DNA of 64,000 nucleotides from Eremomyces bilateralis CBS 781.70 (taxonomy: Eukaryota). The notes beneath the pieces were generated by a model that was given only the letters and a program-made list of their open reading frames with translations, was not told where the DNA came from and ran no database searches. Each line of letters opens with the position of its first letter. Within the stretch, counting starts at the first letter, position 1. A program made the translations under genes and the position numbers. Where the stretch lies: the NCBI GenBank assembly GCA_010015585.1, contig ML975154.1. One strand, 5' to 3'. Shown here piece by piece: positions 26,691 to 37,463 of the stretch.

Positions 26691-26813
26691 TCTTGTACAC
26701 ACACATAGCAGGAAACCAACACACAGAGAGCGAGAAACCAACCGCTCGTCTTGTACACACAGATAGCAAGAACCCAACCATTCTTCTTGTACACATAGAT
26801 AACAAGCAACCAG
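26691..26813. repeat. Degenerate minisatellite, about 36 bp unit, 3-4 copies
   Basis: TCTTGTACACA...ATARCA[AG]G...CCA occurs at about 26691, 26749 and 26785, plus a partial copy. Confidence 0.75.
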
Positions 26814-28114
26814 CGAGCCGCCGATTCTACGGTAAAATGATAGATAAGATGCCAGGACAATGTTTCAAGCTGGCGGATCGCGCCGACTGGGGAGGGATCG
26901 TAGCATATTTGGCGGCCAACGACCTGACCTACGAGCATTTTCATGCGTCTTTTATCAATCACTGCATGAGAACCGCCATGGCAGAGAACCAGAACCAGTC
27001 CCTATCAAAGATGCCATCAAGGGGAGGATAGTACATGCGTGCTCTGAGAGAAAAACTTCCTCTCCCGAGACTGAAGTAAATCGACGTGTTGGAGATATTT
27101 CGCACGACACGAGAGTAGTTTCCAAGACCAAGAAGGACCACAACACGTTGAAATCGATCCAGGAAGGAAACATTGTGAAAGGGCAGATCAAAGTCTCAGA
27201 TGCTTGGTATGCAATATTGCCTTACTTGTTGCGCCTCCACTGACATAGCTGGCTGACCAGGCTCATAAGGATGCCCAGAAGCGGGTCTATGCCCGGCTCT
27301 ATAGGAGCACGCCCATCCGTTCGAAAGCGAACGCCAACAATGCCGAGAACGAGAAAAAGAAGGAGACGGACGAATCGGGCGGCGTCTCGCTGCCAATCCG
27401 AGAGAAGCATTGAACAGAGAAGTGGGGGGACGGAGGGAATAGCGGGCGGGGTGACCCGGAAAATTCTACAGAACGCAATAGATCATGAAGAGGCTGGAAC
27501 AAGACCTACTTGAATGCTCTGTGATGAAGCCTAGCTATCACTCGTGCTTATGAATACTTGGGATGTTGGATCCCTCTGACACCGACCAAACAATCTTGAG
27601 TGCGTGGCCAGTTCTTATGGGATCCTATGAACTTCTTCTACGCGTCGCTGAATCACAAAACAGCAATGAAATGCCAAATACAAGCCAGCAAAATGCTGGA
27701 TGTACGGCTGCTGAAAAGTACTGTCTAAAATGGACGCGGTTGTTATCGAAAGAAAGTTGAAGTCAAGCGGAAAGAAAAAATGCTTTATGGACGAGAGGGT
27801 TCATGTTGTTCGTACATCCCGACTAGCGGAAATGTGGAACTCATTTGGGCAATGTACAAATAGCAACATGCCACTGTCACAGCCACTGTCATCGCCCAGG
27901 AAGTCATGAGTGAGAGATGGAACCTTGAATTCTAGACTTTACTGTTGGACGACCTCCGTGCGCCCATTTCCCTGAGTAATTGTTTGAAGTTGATATCGGC
28001 AGGCCATAATATCTCTCCAAGAGCCAACCCCGCCCTGATCTCCCGACATGCTCAGTTAACAAACTCCACACGACCCAATTGCTGCAACTGTTCATCGATT
28101 GCACGCATACAACA

Positions 28115-29991
28115 ATGGCTTCTGCGCTATTCTTCCTCGACCTGAAGGGCAAGGTAAGCTCGCCGTATTCGAGGCGATTGCGCGCGAAGGCTGACAAGGT
28201 GGTAGACCCTTTTGGCGAGGAACTACAGAGGCGACATTCCAATGTCTGCCGTCGAGAAGTTCCCCATTCTCCTTTCAGAGGCCGAAGAAGAGAGCTCCGC
28301 AGTGCCTCCATGTTTTTCGGATGATGGGATCAATGTATGTGCTTCTGTGACCAGTTCACATGCTTAACATACGTTGGCTTGAGCTTACCATCCATGGGTT
28401 CTAGTACCTATACATCCGCCACAACAACCTTTACCTCCTCGCTCTCACAAAACGCAACAGCAATGCCGCCGAGCTCCTTCTCTTCCTTCATAAAGTTGTT
28501 GAGGTATTCACGGAGTACTTCAAGGAGCTGGAGGAGGAGAGTATACGGGACAACTTTGTCATTATCTACGAACTGCTGGACGAGATGATGGACTTCGGCC
28601 ATCCGCAGATCACGGAGACGAAGATATTACAAGAGTAAGGACTGGCACAGATACTGGCTAAAAATGCTGCCACGAATAACATCCTAACTTGCTATTCTAG
28701 GTACATCACACAAGAATCACATAAGCTTGAGATCCAGGCTAGGCCTCCAATCGCAGTCACAAATGCCGTCAGTTGGCGAAGCGAGGGTATTCGATACCGA
28801 AAGAACGAAGTTTTCCTCGACGTCATCGAGTCACTCAACCTTCTCGTGTCGTCAAACGGCAATGTCCTGCGCTCGGAAATCCTTGGCGCCGTCAAGATGA
28901 AGTGCTACCTGTCGGGAATGCCGGAGCTACGGCTCGGATTGAACGACAAGGTCATGTTCGAAACAACAGGAAGAGCAACAAGAGGGAAAGCTGTTGAAAT
29001 GGAGGACGTCAAGTTCCACCAATGCGTACGGTTGAGTAGATTCGAAAACGATCGAACAATCAGCTTTATCCCGCCCGATGGCGAATTCGAGCTGATGAGC
29101 TACCGGCTTAACACCCAAGTCAAACCCCTCATTTGGGTGGAATGCGTGGTCGAGAGCCACTCTGGAAGTCGCATAGAATACATGTTGAAGGTTTGATGGC
29201 ATCGAGTCCAATATTTCAAAGGTCGAGACGCTAACTGAACTCTCTACTTGCAGGCGAAAGCCCAATTCAAGCGACGAAGCACCGCCAACAACGTCAGCAT
29301 TTCAATACCTGTTCCCGATGACGCCGATACGCCGCGCTTCCGCACCAACATCGGCACCGTCCACTACGCGCCCGAGACCTCGTCAATAGTCTGGAAAATT
29401 AAGCAATTTGGCGGTGGCAAGGAGTTCCTCATGCGAGCCGAGCTCGGTCTCCCATCCGTACGGGGCGACGACGAAAAAGGCGGGGGCATGATGGGTGGCT
29501 TCGGTGGAAGCATGGGTGGGGTCTCTGGCGGCAAAGGGAAGCGACCCATTTCCGTCAAGTTTGAGATCCCATACTTTACGACTAGCGGAATTCAGGTGCG
29601 GTACCTGAAGATTAATGAGCCCAAGGTATGTTGCGCTGTTCGCTGTTGGCGTTGTGGTGGAATTGTGGGTTTGATTGGTGCGACGATGTTGCCTTGCTGC
29701 ATTGTGTGCGGCCTCACGCCGGGACCGGGCCGATGACCAGGGCGACAGTTCCAGGGCGTTCGTCACGATGCACTGGAACTACTAAGCGTCCCATCTTGCC
29801 CGGGACATGAGCGCTAAGGTCGCCTGCGACACCTATACCCACCCATCCAACTCTAAATTGACCTCAAATCCGCCTACGAAAAGTCCTTTTACTGACCTTG
29901 GTACTATCAGTTACAATACCCCTCGTTGCCTTGGGTCCGATACATCACCCAGTCTGGCGATATCGCGGTGCGACTACCAGATGTACAGTAG
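28115..29991 (+). CDS. APM1: AP-1 clathrin adaptor complex medium (mu) subunit
   Basis: MASALFFLDLKGK|TLLARNYRGDIPM, RDNFVIIYELLDEMMDFG, VSWRSEGIRYRKNEVFLDV, FHQCVRL, SFIPPDGEFELMSYR and last exon LQYPSLPWVRYITQSG. Five introns. Confidence 0.96.
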
Positions 29992-30325
29992 ACGGGGTTT
30001 TCTGATTGGTTTGGCCGATGCGGGCATCTATCTAAGGGCGATCGAGCCTACAAATCCCTGGGGCACTCAAACAACTTAATTTGGCATTTGCATCATGGAA
30101 TGAGGCTATAGAGCGACTTTCTTAGCATATATGAGCCATGCCAATAATGAGATGCTACAATGTCGGTAAAGCAATGCATTCAAGGATATCTGTGTAGGAG
30201 CCATGATCATTCCAGGTGTTTCGATCCCCCTGTGTTCCTCATAGCCGCGCCAAAGTTAGCTGGTCTGCTCAGCACGTATTGTGGGCAATGAATAACGTAA
30301 AGAACGTAGTATGGTAGGGCACAAG

Positions 30326-31214
30326 TCAATGGAAAATTTTCCCTTCTGCGACGGTTCCATCCTCGAAAAGTCGGAGCGGAGTCGTGTCCTCCGAAAGAGT
30401 GAATACTTTGACGAGAATGCCGCGGCGCGATGTCCCTGCACAGCATTAGAAGGACTTTGATTCAAGCTCACTTTGGGCGGTTGCTTACACCCTTCATCTC
30501 TTGGAAGCCCATGGCTCGTCCAGGTCAGACCTCTCATGCAATTAAATAATGCAAGATGAATATTCCCGTTTGGGACGGACAAGGCAATCAGTGCAATGAG
30601 TATGGCCACTTCCCCCTTCAGACCGCCAAGGCCAGAATTCTGAGGGCTATCATCATGGACATGGTGGGGGCGGTAAATGCAAGGGAGAAGCTCCTTTGCC
30701 CATACCTGACTTGGTCGAAGGAGCGTCAACCTCGGGACACCTCCTTCATGGAAGACGGCGCGTGACACGTATGATTGATCATTCTCGTGCACAAATGCCA
30801 GGCACTTCCAACCAATATCCATCACTTCCAACGGGGGTTCATGAGGCTCTGGGGTGGGCGGTTCAGTAACGTCCTCGCCGCATCCATATATCTGCCCCTC
30901 GTTATGGTAGACGGATACCTCACCAGCGTTGTGAATCGCATCCATAGGGAAGGAGCCGGGTGGATACAAATGAACTGTGCTGCCATCAAAATAGAAAAAC
31001 GAATGTTCGTCGAATATCAGTTCCCAGTCATTATCACGAAATGTTTGAGGAGGAATCCAGGCTCCCGTTCCGTAGCGTGTATGCTGGTATTGTGGATCTC
31101 GCACGTCATTAAGCTCATATATCTGGAACGCAAACGGAGGCTACAACTAGGTCAGCATCGATAAAGTACCGTTGCAGACGATCTTACTCCAGGTGCTCCA
31201 TTGCCTGTAGCCAT
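30326..31214 (-). CDS. Hypothetical fungal protein (3 exons)
   Basis: Exon 1 MATGNGAPG with GTAAGA donor, a long exon 2 in the 282-aa ORF frame, intron GTAAGC...CTAAT...CAG, and last exon WTSRRGILVKVF...GKIFH*. Splice signals are clean but I recognise no domain. Confidence 0.65.
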
Positions 31215-34200
31215 AATGCGCCGAGAACTTGGATTGCGACTCTGAAAGGTAAAACGGGGGGCAAGTTGCCAAAGGGCGACGCAGTAGCTTCAATCGCCCT
31301 TGGCCGTCATCTCATAGTATGAGACGATTCAAAGGGCAGAACACTGATAAAGGAATATTGCTAAGAAAGTCCTTCTCGATTGCGCAGAGGAGCAGCCGAA
31401 GTTATTTGAGATCGAGGAAAGGAGCTGTGAAGGCAAAGTGTGACGGCGGCACAGCAGTGATAAGGAAACGAATCGCTCTTGCCGAGCACGAAACAAGGCT
31501 ATACGTAAATATCTACCTGCGGCTATTCGTCTTCCCATCAGAACCTCAGGGTCTGGGGCAACCATGTCGTATTCGTGGGTGGGTCGCGGATTGTGGTCCT
31601 GTTCTTGCCGGAATTCCGCAAGTTGCTGTTCCGATGCGAAAAAGGGAGCCGTTAGATCCAATGGAACCCTCCAAACCATCGCGAGGTTTATTTGGAAACC
31701 CCGCATCCAGTTTAGCGCTTGATTGCAGCATATGTCTGCACGCCGAGATTGATGCTATGACCAGCATCGGGAGGTCATACGGGCAAACTCACTCGCAGTA
31801 GCTCCGTCATCTCATCCAGTCTTGCGTCGCCAACGAAGCGGACAGGCATTCCAAGAGCTGTCATAGATGACTCCGCACCAGCGCATCGGACGAAATGCTC
31901 CTCGGATGCCGACCATAAACTGGTCAAAGACGTGGCATCCTGAACGACCACGAGGCTCTTCGGTGGTTCTTGATTCCGTGTAAAGGAAGTTGAACAATCG
32001 TACTATGTCCATGGGACAGCTCATGGGTAATGGAGGTTCCCTAGCGCCTTTGTCCAGGACAGGAGCCGCAGAGTTGACACCGAAGTGGAAGTCCAGTCAC
32101 GTGACGGGCCATTTCCTGAGCCGTTAGATTTTGGAGAGATGCGGCTCAAAATCCAGCGTGGGTGGCCAGCCAAGTATATAGGTGGGGCGTTCTCATGGTG
32201 TCGGCCGCGGAGGTGAGCAAGGCAACGGGTGATTTCGAGTTCGGCTTGCCCGTTCGCCCGCCGGTGCGCTGCACGTGTCTTGGGCAAGGTACTTTCACTG
32301 AAGTACCCCTCGTTCATGTCGTTCCGCGCCTTCGATTCCAGATGCGGAAGTCGACCATTCTACCGGGTCGTACGGACAGCTAAGCGATTGCACATCGCAA
32401 AGCACATAAATTGCAGTGATATAAGTTTTTCGGCCCTTTGGAAGAAAAAATGAGCATGGATCTGGCTACGGAGGAGGAGGGCATACCTGAGGGCTAGCAT
32501 GGTGCGTAAAAAAGCGGCCTCCAAACCCCTCGCCACGGGCCCAGCTGACCGGACATCTAGCGCCTTTTGTACTTCGATTCTCCTTAACAAACAAGGCAAC
32601 GACTTGACACGCTGGATTGCATGTTGCCAACAGTTTGTTATCGCCTCAAAAGCCAATCGTTGGCTCATGTCCCCCTTTTGAACGGATCAAGGCAGTGCAA
32701 CCCCTGCGGTTGATCTGACCTCCACTAGGGTGGACGCCTCGTCCAAGAATCGAGCTAGCATGGCCATTTCGGTTGCTTGACTGTTGACGGCGTATGGTGT
32801 AATCAACTCCCGAGTATAACCCGAATGAGGAGTAATAACTAGGGTGGGCACGTGGAAGTACACATGACTAATTTGCCACGAAGTCATGATAAGAGCTGGA
32901 CGACTGGTTTGTCGGATCTGGGGCAAAACATCATTGCTGACAGACACTAAAAAGCACTGGAATCAACGGACACGGAGGCCGCTGCATGCTGACATGCCGC
33001 ACTATTGAAGGAATTCGATCAAACAACAAAGCGTGGCAGATGGGCACCTTATATACTTCGCCGAAAGATATATCACATGGAGGCACCCCCCCGGCACGAG
33101 CCGTCACTTGACCGGAACAACGAAATCCTGTCAGGTAACCGGCGAAATTATCCCTGAATACAATGTCAACGGCAGCATCTTATTGATCTGGACCAAACAT
33201 GTACGAGAAACTGGTGCCATTTCGGTACCATCGCTTCACCGGGTCGCTCTGGGTCAAGAAATGGACAGAAGACCCACAGTGGTTGTACACGCCACGGCCC
33301 ACGGTGAGACTCCCAATATGGTCACTGACCAATATGCGGAAATATTGCATCAGAAGCAACCACCTAGCTGCTCATTCCGCCTCTCGACCAGGTTATATGC
33401 TCACTTCAATATAGATTAGCGACTTGATGCGAGGACGGCAGAAGACGTACCTGACGACCAATGTACGCGATAGTGACCTTATCCAAAACGCAGGCAATGT
33501 GAGAAACTGAGAGAGACTCGACTGGAATGCGCGATGTAAAGACGGACGAGGATAACAGAGAAAAGACTTCGAGTGCGCTATGTGCTCTGCAACAATGCCC
33601 CTGAGGCACGTAACCAGGGCAAAATCCAGGTGTCATTGTTGCTGCAGACGCTGGAATTCAACCACTTGCTCTGGCAAGCTCCATTCGATGGCCGAGATCT
33701 GGTACCAGGTTATATCCACCAGGTATGCTTTCATATTGTCCCCAGCAAACCACGCAATGTTGTTCAGGTGTGGCATTCTTTTAAGGGGTACCTTCCAAGT
33801 CAGAATCATTCTGCTTCAATGGTTTCATCAAGGCATCAGCTGTTTGCCTCAGCTGGTCGACTGGGGAAAGTCTCAAATTTGCACGCCATAATTCCCAAGA
33901 ACTCCCAGATGCTTGCCGTTGGTATGAACGAGGGATGAGGGTGCCATGAGACCTTCAAATGAGTCCTGGTCATCGACTAACCCGCAAAAGCAGGCCCGAC
34001 CTGGGTTTCCCCCTTGAATTCTCTGGTCTAGTATGCATCGAGTTTAACGGTTCGGTTGCATGCGTCTGCGATATGAGTTATGCTAGGAACGGAGGCTTGG
34101 TAGCTTTGAATTGATCCATGGCTTTTCCGGACCTGTGTGCATCAGCATCGCTTCCGAATTCCTGGGACGATTGCATGAAGCTACCTATACTTACAGACAG

Positions 34201-35015
34201 CAAACCAGCTCAGATGAATCTGCCACAAGGGAAGACGACCTTCACCGGCGATCTTCGAACCGCAGCGGTAAGACTCTTGTAAGATTCAGCACGGATGCTC
34301 GAAGAGTGCCAAGCTGGTGTCATTAGGTGGTACGGGAAATGGGATCAAGAAGGGCGTCTGGGGCGCCCTTTCAGGTTGTTCATGTCATTCCAAGGACGAG
34401 GATGCTCCGCAAGCCCTTCAGGTTACGAAATAGAGGTGACTAATAGGCTAATTCGCATTTAAATGGACAACAATCGGCGTGCCTGCGACAATGAGGCTAT
34501 GACGGTTCGAATACCATAAGGGTGAACTGGGAGAGGCAAGCAGACCCGTATGCACGTGTTTTCTCCTGAAATGTGCAATCACGTTACCTGTGCTTCGTAA
34601 AATAATTCCGCAGATCGCAGGGCATCCTCGTGCTATTCAATCCCCTTTGTGTATTGCAATCTGTAGGAGTTGGAGTTACCTTAATACATCCAATATTCCG
34701 GTTTTGAATCTTCAATCCAACTTTGAATGGAGAGATTGACAAGTTCCAAAGTAACAAGCGAAAGAACGGTGTCACGTGATAATATTTACACTAAACCCAA
34801 TTTATTCGAAAATTACATAGCCTGGTCAATTTCAGTCGAAATTCGGAGACAAAATTTCCACGATTCGCCCAAGACCAGGACTTATCCACATCGTCGCAGT
34901 TACTCACGGAACAAATTTAAAGTTCCAGATTGTTGTGTCTAATTATATTGAATTGCAAATTGGGAGCTTTTCAAGGCGCTTAATAAGAGCTTGGTTGGAT
35001 CCCACAGACAACAGA

Positions 35016-36395
35016 ATGGACCCGAGAAAAATAGCACACACTCTCATCCTTGACGCGGGCCCGATCATCAAGAATGAGCCGTCGGTGTCAAGCCTGCTCG
35101 CACAAGGGGAGAGTCTTGTGACAACACCTACCATCATTTCCGAACTTAGAGACGAAGCAACAAGGACCAGAGTCGAGACCACCTTACTTCCTTTCCTTAC
35201 CCTTCGCAGTCCTAAACCGTCCAGTATCAAATTTGTCACAGAATTTGCCCGCAAGACCGGAGATGCTGTGGTCCTCAGCAAGCCTGATATTGAGCTTATT
35301 GCTCTTGCGTACGATGTGGAGTGTGAGCGCAATGGAGGAGACTGGCGGTTAAGAAATGCGCCGGGCCAGAAAGGCTTGAACGGCTCTCCACCACAGGCTG
35401 ATACTTCCGCGGCACAGGATTCAGGAGATGGCAACGCATCCGAAGATGTCCAATCAAGCCAGCAGGATGCAGGAGATGGCAACGCGTCCGACAGTGTCCA
35501 AGCAAGCCAGCAGGATGCAGCAGGTGGACCGGATGTTCAGCCTGAAGAGCCCAGCGAGCCTACAACGCAGATCGAACCGGAAATTGAAGACAAGGACGCA
35601 CAGGAGCTTGAGGAGTCTGTTCAAGAGCAAACCCTTGACTCCTTAGCAAAACTTGAAATTGATGCAACGAATCCAGAGCAAGAATCCGTTGTTGGTGGAT
35701 CAGGAGATGCGGTGGCCAATCCTACGCCGGAGACTAAAGAGGAGGACGACGATTCTGATGGATGGATCACACCGGCGAATATCTCAAAACATCGAGCGAA
35801 AGACTTGCAAAGCTCTTCGAAAGAAGGCGCAAGTCGCAAGCCTGTTCAGGCTGCAATCATAACTTCGGATTTTGCAATGCAAAATGTAATCCTGTCCATG
35901 AACCTCAACCTCCTCTCCGCCTCCCTTCAACGAGTTCGACAGATTAAGACGTTTATTCTCCGGTGTCATGCATGCTTCCTCCAAACCAAGGACATGACGA
36001 AACAATTCTGCCCTCGGTGTGGAGGCCCTACATTGACGCGGGTGTCATGCTCGACAAATCAAAACGGAGAGTTCAAGATCTTCTTGAAGAAGAATATGCA
36101 ATGGAATACTCGAGGCGACCGGTACAGCATACCAAAGCCGGTGGCTGGCTCTTCCAAGGGGAAGATCGCACAGGGCTCGAAAGGTGGTGGGAAAGGTGGA
36201 TGGGGTCAGGGGTTGATTCTTGCTGAAGATCAGAAAGAGTATACCAGGGCAATGGAGCAGGAGAAACGGCGGCGGCAAAGGGATCTCATGGATGAAGACT
36301 ATCTTCCGAGTATCCTGAGCGGCGAGAGATCCAAATCAGGAGGGAAGCCGAGGATTGGAGCCGGGAAGAACGTGAATTCCAAGAAGCGAATATGA
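35016..36395 (+). CDS. NOB1: 20S pre-rRNA D-site endonuclease Nob1
   Basis: PIN domain (LILDAGPII...FARKTGDAVVLSKPDIELIALAY), DDSDGWITP, TSDFAMQNV and Zn ribbon CHAC...FCPRCG. Confidence 0.95.
   Translation: MDPRKIAHTLILDAGPIIKNEPSVSSLLAQGESLVTTPTIISELRDEATRTRVETTLLPFLTLRSPKPSSIKFVTEFARKTGDAVVLSKPDIELIALAYDVECERNGGDWRLRNAPGQKGLNGSPPQADTSAAQDSGDGNASEDVQSSQQDAGDGNASDSVQASQQDAAGGPDVQPEEPSEPTTQIEPEIEDKDAQELEESVQEQTLDSLAKLEIDATNPEQESVVGGSGDAVANPTPETKEEDDDSDGWITPANISKHRAKDLQSSSKEGASRKPVQAAIITSDFAMQNVILSMNLNLLSASLQRVRQIKTFILRCHACFLQTKDMTKQFCPRCGGPTLTRVSCSTNQNGEFKIFLKKNMQWNTRGDRYSIPKPVAGSSKGKIAQGSKGGGKGGWGQGLILAEDQKEYTRAMEQEKRRRQRDLMDEDYLPSILSGERSKSGGKPRIGAGKNVNSKKRI
35415..35524 (+). repeat. 48-bp coding tandem repeat (about 2.3 copies) in the NOB1 acidic linker
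   Basis: CAGGAT recurs at 35415, 35463 and 35511. Protein reads QDSGDGNASEDVQSSQ/QDAGDGNASDSVQASQ/QDAAG. Confidence 0.85.
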
Positions 36396-36628
36396 CGATC
36401 CGATGGAACGTGGGAGGGTATATCATCACTCAAGAGACATGTTACTGAGTGATCAAGGGACTCTCAATTCATAGCTGCACTCCAATGGAGACCCTATTTG
36501 AAGCCATAACTATCCTTGATCTTGTTCCGCAAGTGCCCTATGAAAACGCCGGACACCATGCTAAGATTGCCACAACTGCCTGGAGAGGCTTTTCCGCTCT
36601 CTCCCTATCTCTCATTTCTTCAGTTGTC

Positions 36629-36959
36629 TCAAGCGGCGTTGTGGACCTCCCCAAGGAGTTTCTGGTCGGCTTCTATATTATTGTATGAGCGAAACTGTCT
36701 CCTTGTGATTCTTGATAAAGCAGCGACTCACTCTTCTGGGTCAGCAAGAGCCCATAGCGCCGTTTGAGGGTATATCGGTGCCTATTGTCATGGTTAGAGG
36801 GTGTCATCATCGGCGCAAAGGCTGCGTGTCGCACCTTGAGAACTTGTCGTCCGGAGAAAATCTAGCGGGATGTGCTGAGAAGGTGGCTTTGGCATCGACG
36901 GCCTTCTTGAGCGTATAGACTCGTTTGCCGTTGCTGTCAACGGAGTACATGAGATACAT
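36629..36959 (-). CDS. NOP10: H/ACA ribonucleoprotein complex subunit Nop10
   Basis: Manual translation across two introns gives [72 protein letters not shown], with the diagnostic [12 protein letters not shown]. Absent from the ORF track. Confidence 0.93.
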
Positions 36960-37463
36960 GATGGGCCTATGCCAGGAAGGTCAGTATCCACACGATCGCG
37001 GCAGTTCGAGGATTCATCATACAGTTGGGAGTGTTTCAAGCGACAGAGCTGAATTCGTTACTCTCAAAGTCTCGATGAATGCGTGAGGGTGGCTGGTAAG
37101 TGGGAGAAGATCTTTCGTCGGATATTGTGGGGGAAATATGAAATTGAAGATTTCTGGGACGCTTTACTACGGAGCTCCCATCCCGTCACATCCCTGCAAG
37201 TCTGTTAACCTCCACGAGTCCATGTTGTGCTGCTCAATGTAATCTGTAATAGAGCATTGCACTACCGCTGTCTAACTCTTGTCATACATTTATTGAAGGG
37301 AAATGACAAAAGATATGTGAACCAAGCACTCCACAAGGACATACTCCCTCATATTTGCCCCACCAGGCCGGGCGCATGTGGTCCCCTCGAGTCCCTGTCC
37401 TCCCTTAACCTCTAGAGTCCTCATGCCTCGCACCCACCGGCAATCCCGGAGTTCCTCGCGACT

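Noticed and set aside
25100..28000. Intact transposon between the SNF2 helicase and APM1
   Set aside because: I found no terminal inverted repeats, LTR pair, target-site duplication or transposase/RT motifs by eye.
29700..29835. Hammerhead, HDV-like ribozyme, C/D snoRNA or TPP riboswitch reading of the APM1 intron structure
   Set aside because: It lacks CUGANGA/GAAA cores, a proper P1/P3/P1.1 pseudoknot, a RUGAUGA/CUGA box pair and the TPP CUGAGA motif. Kept only as an unclassified structure.
34495..34520. GGTTCGAAT B-box-like word (a similar GGTTCGACC lies near 26666)
   Set aside because: The flanks do not form a T-stem and no upstream tRNA body is visible.
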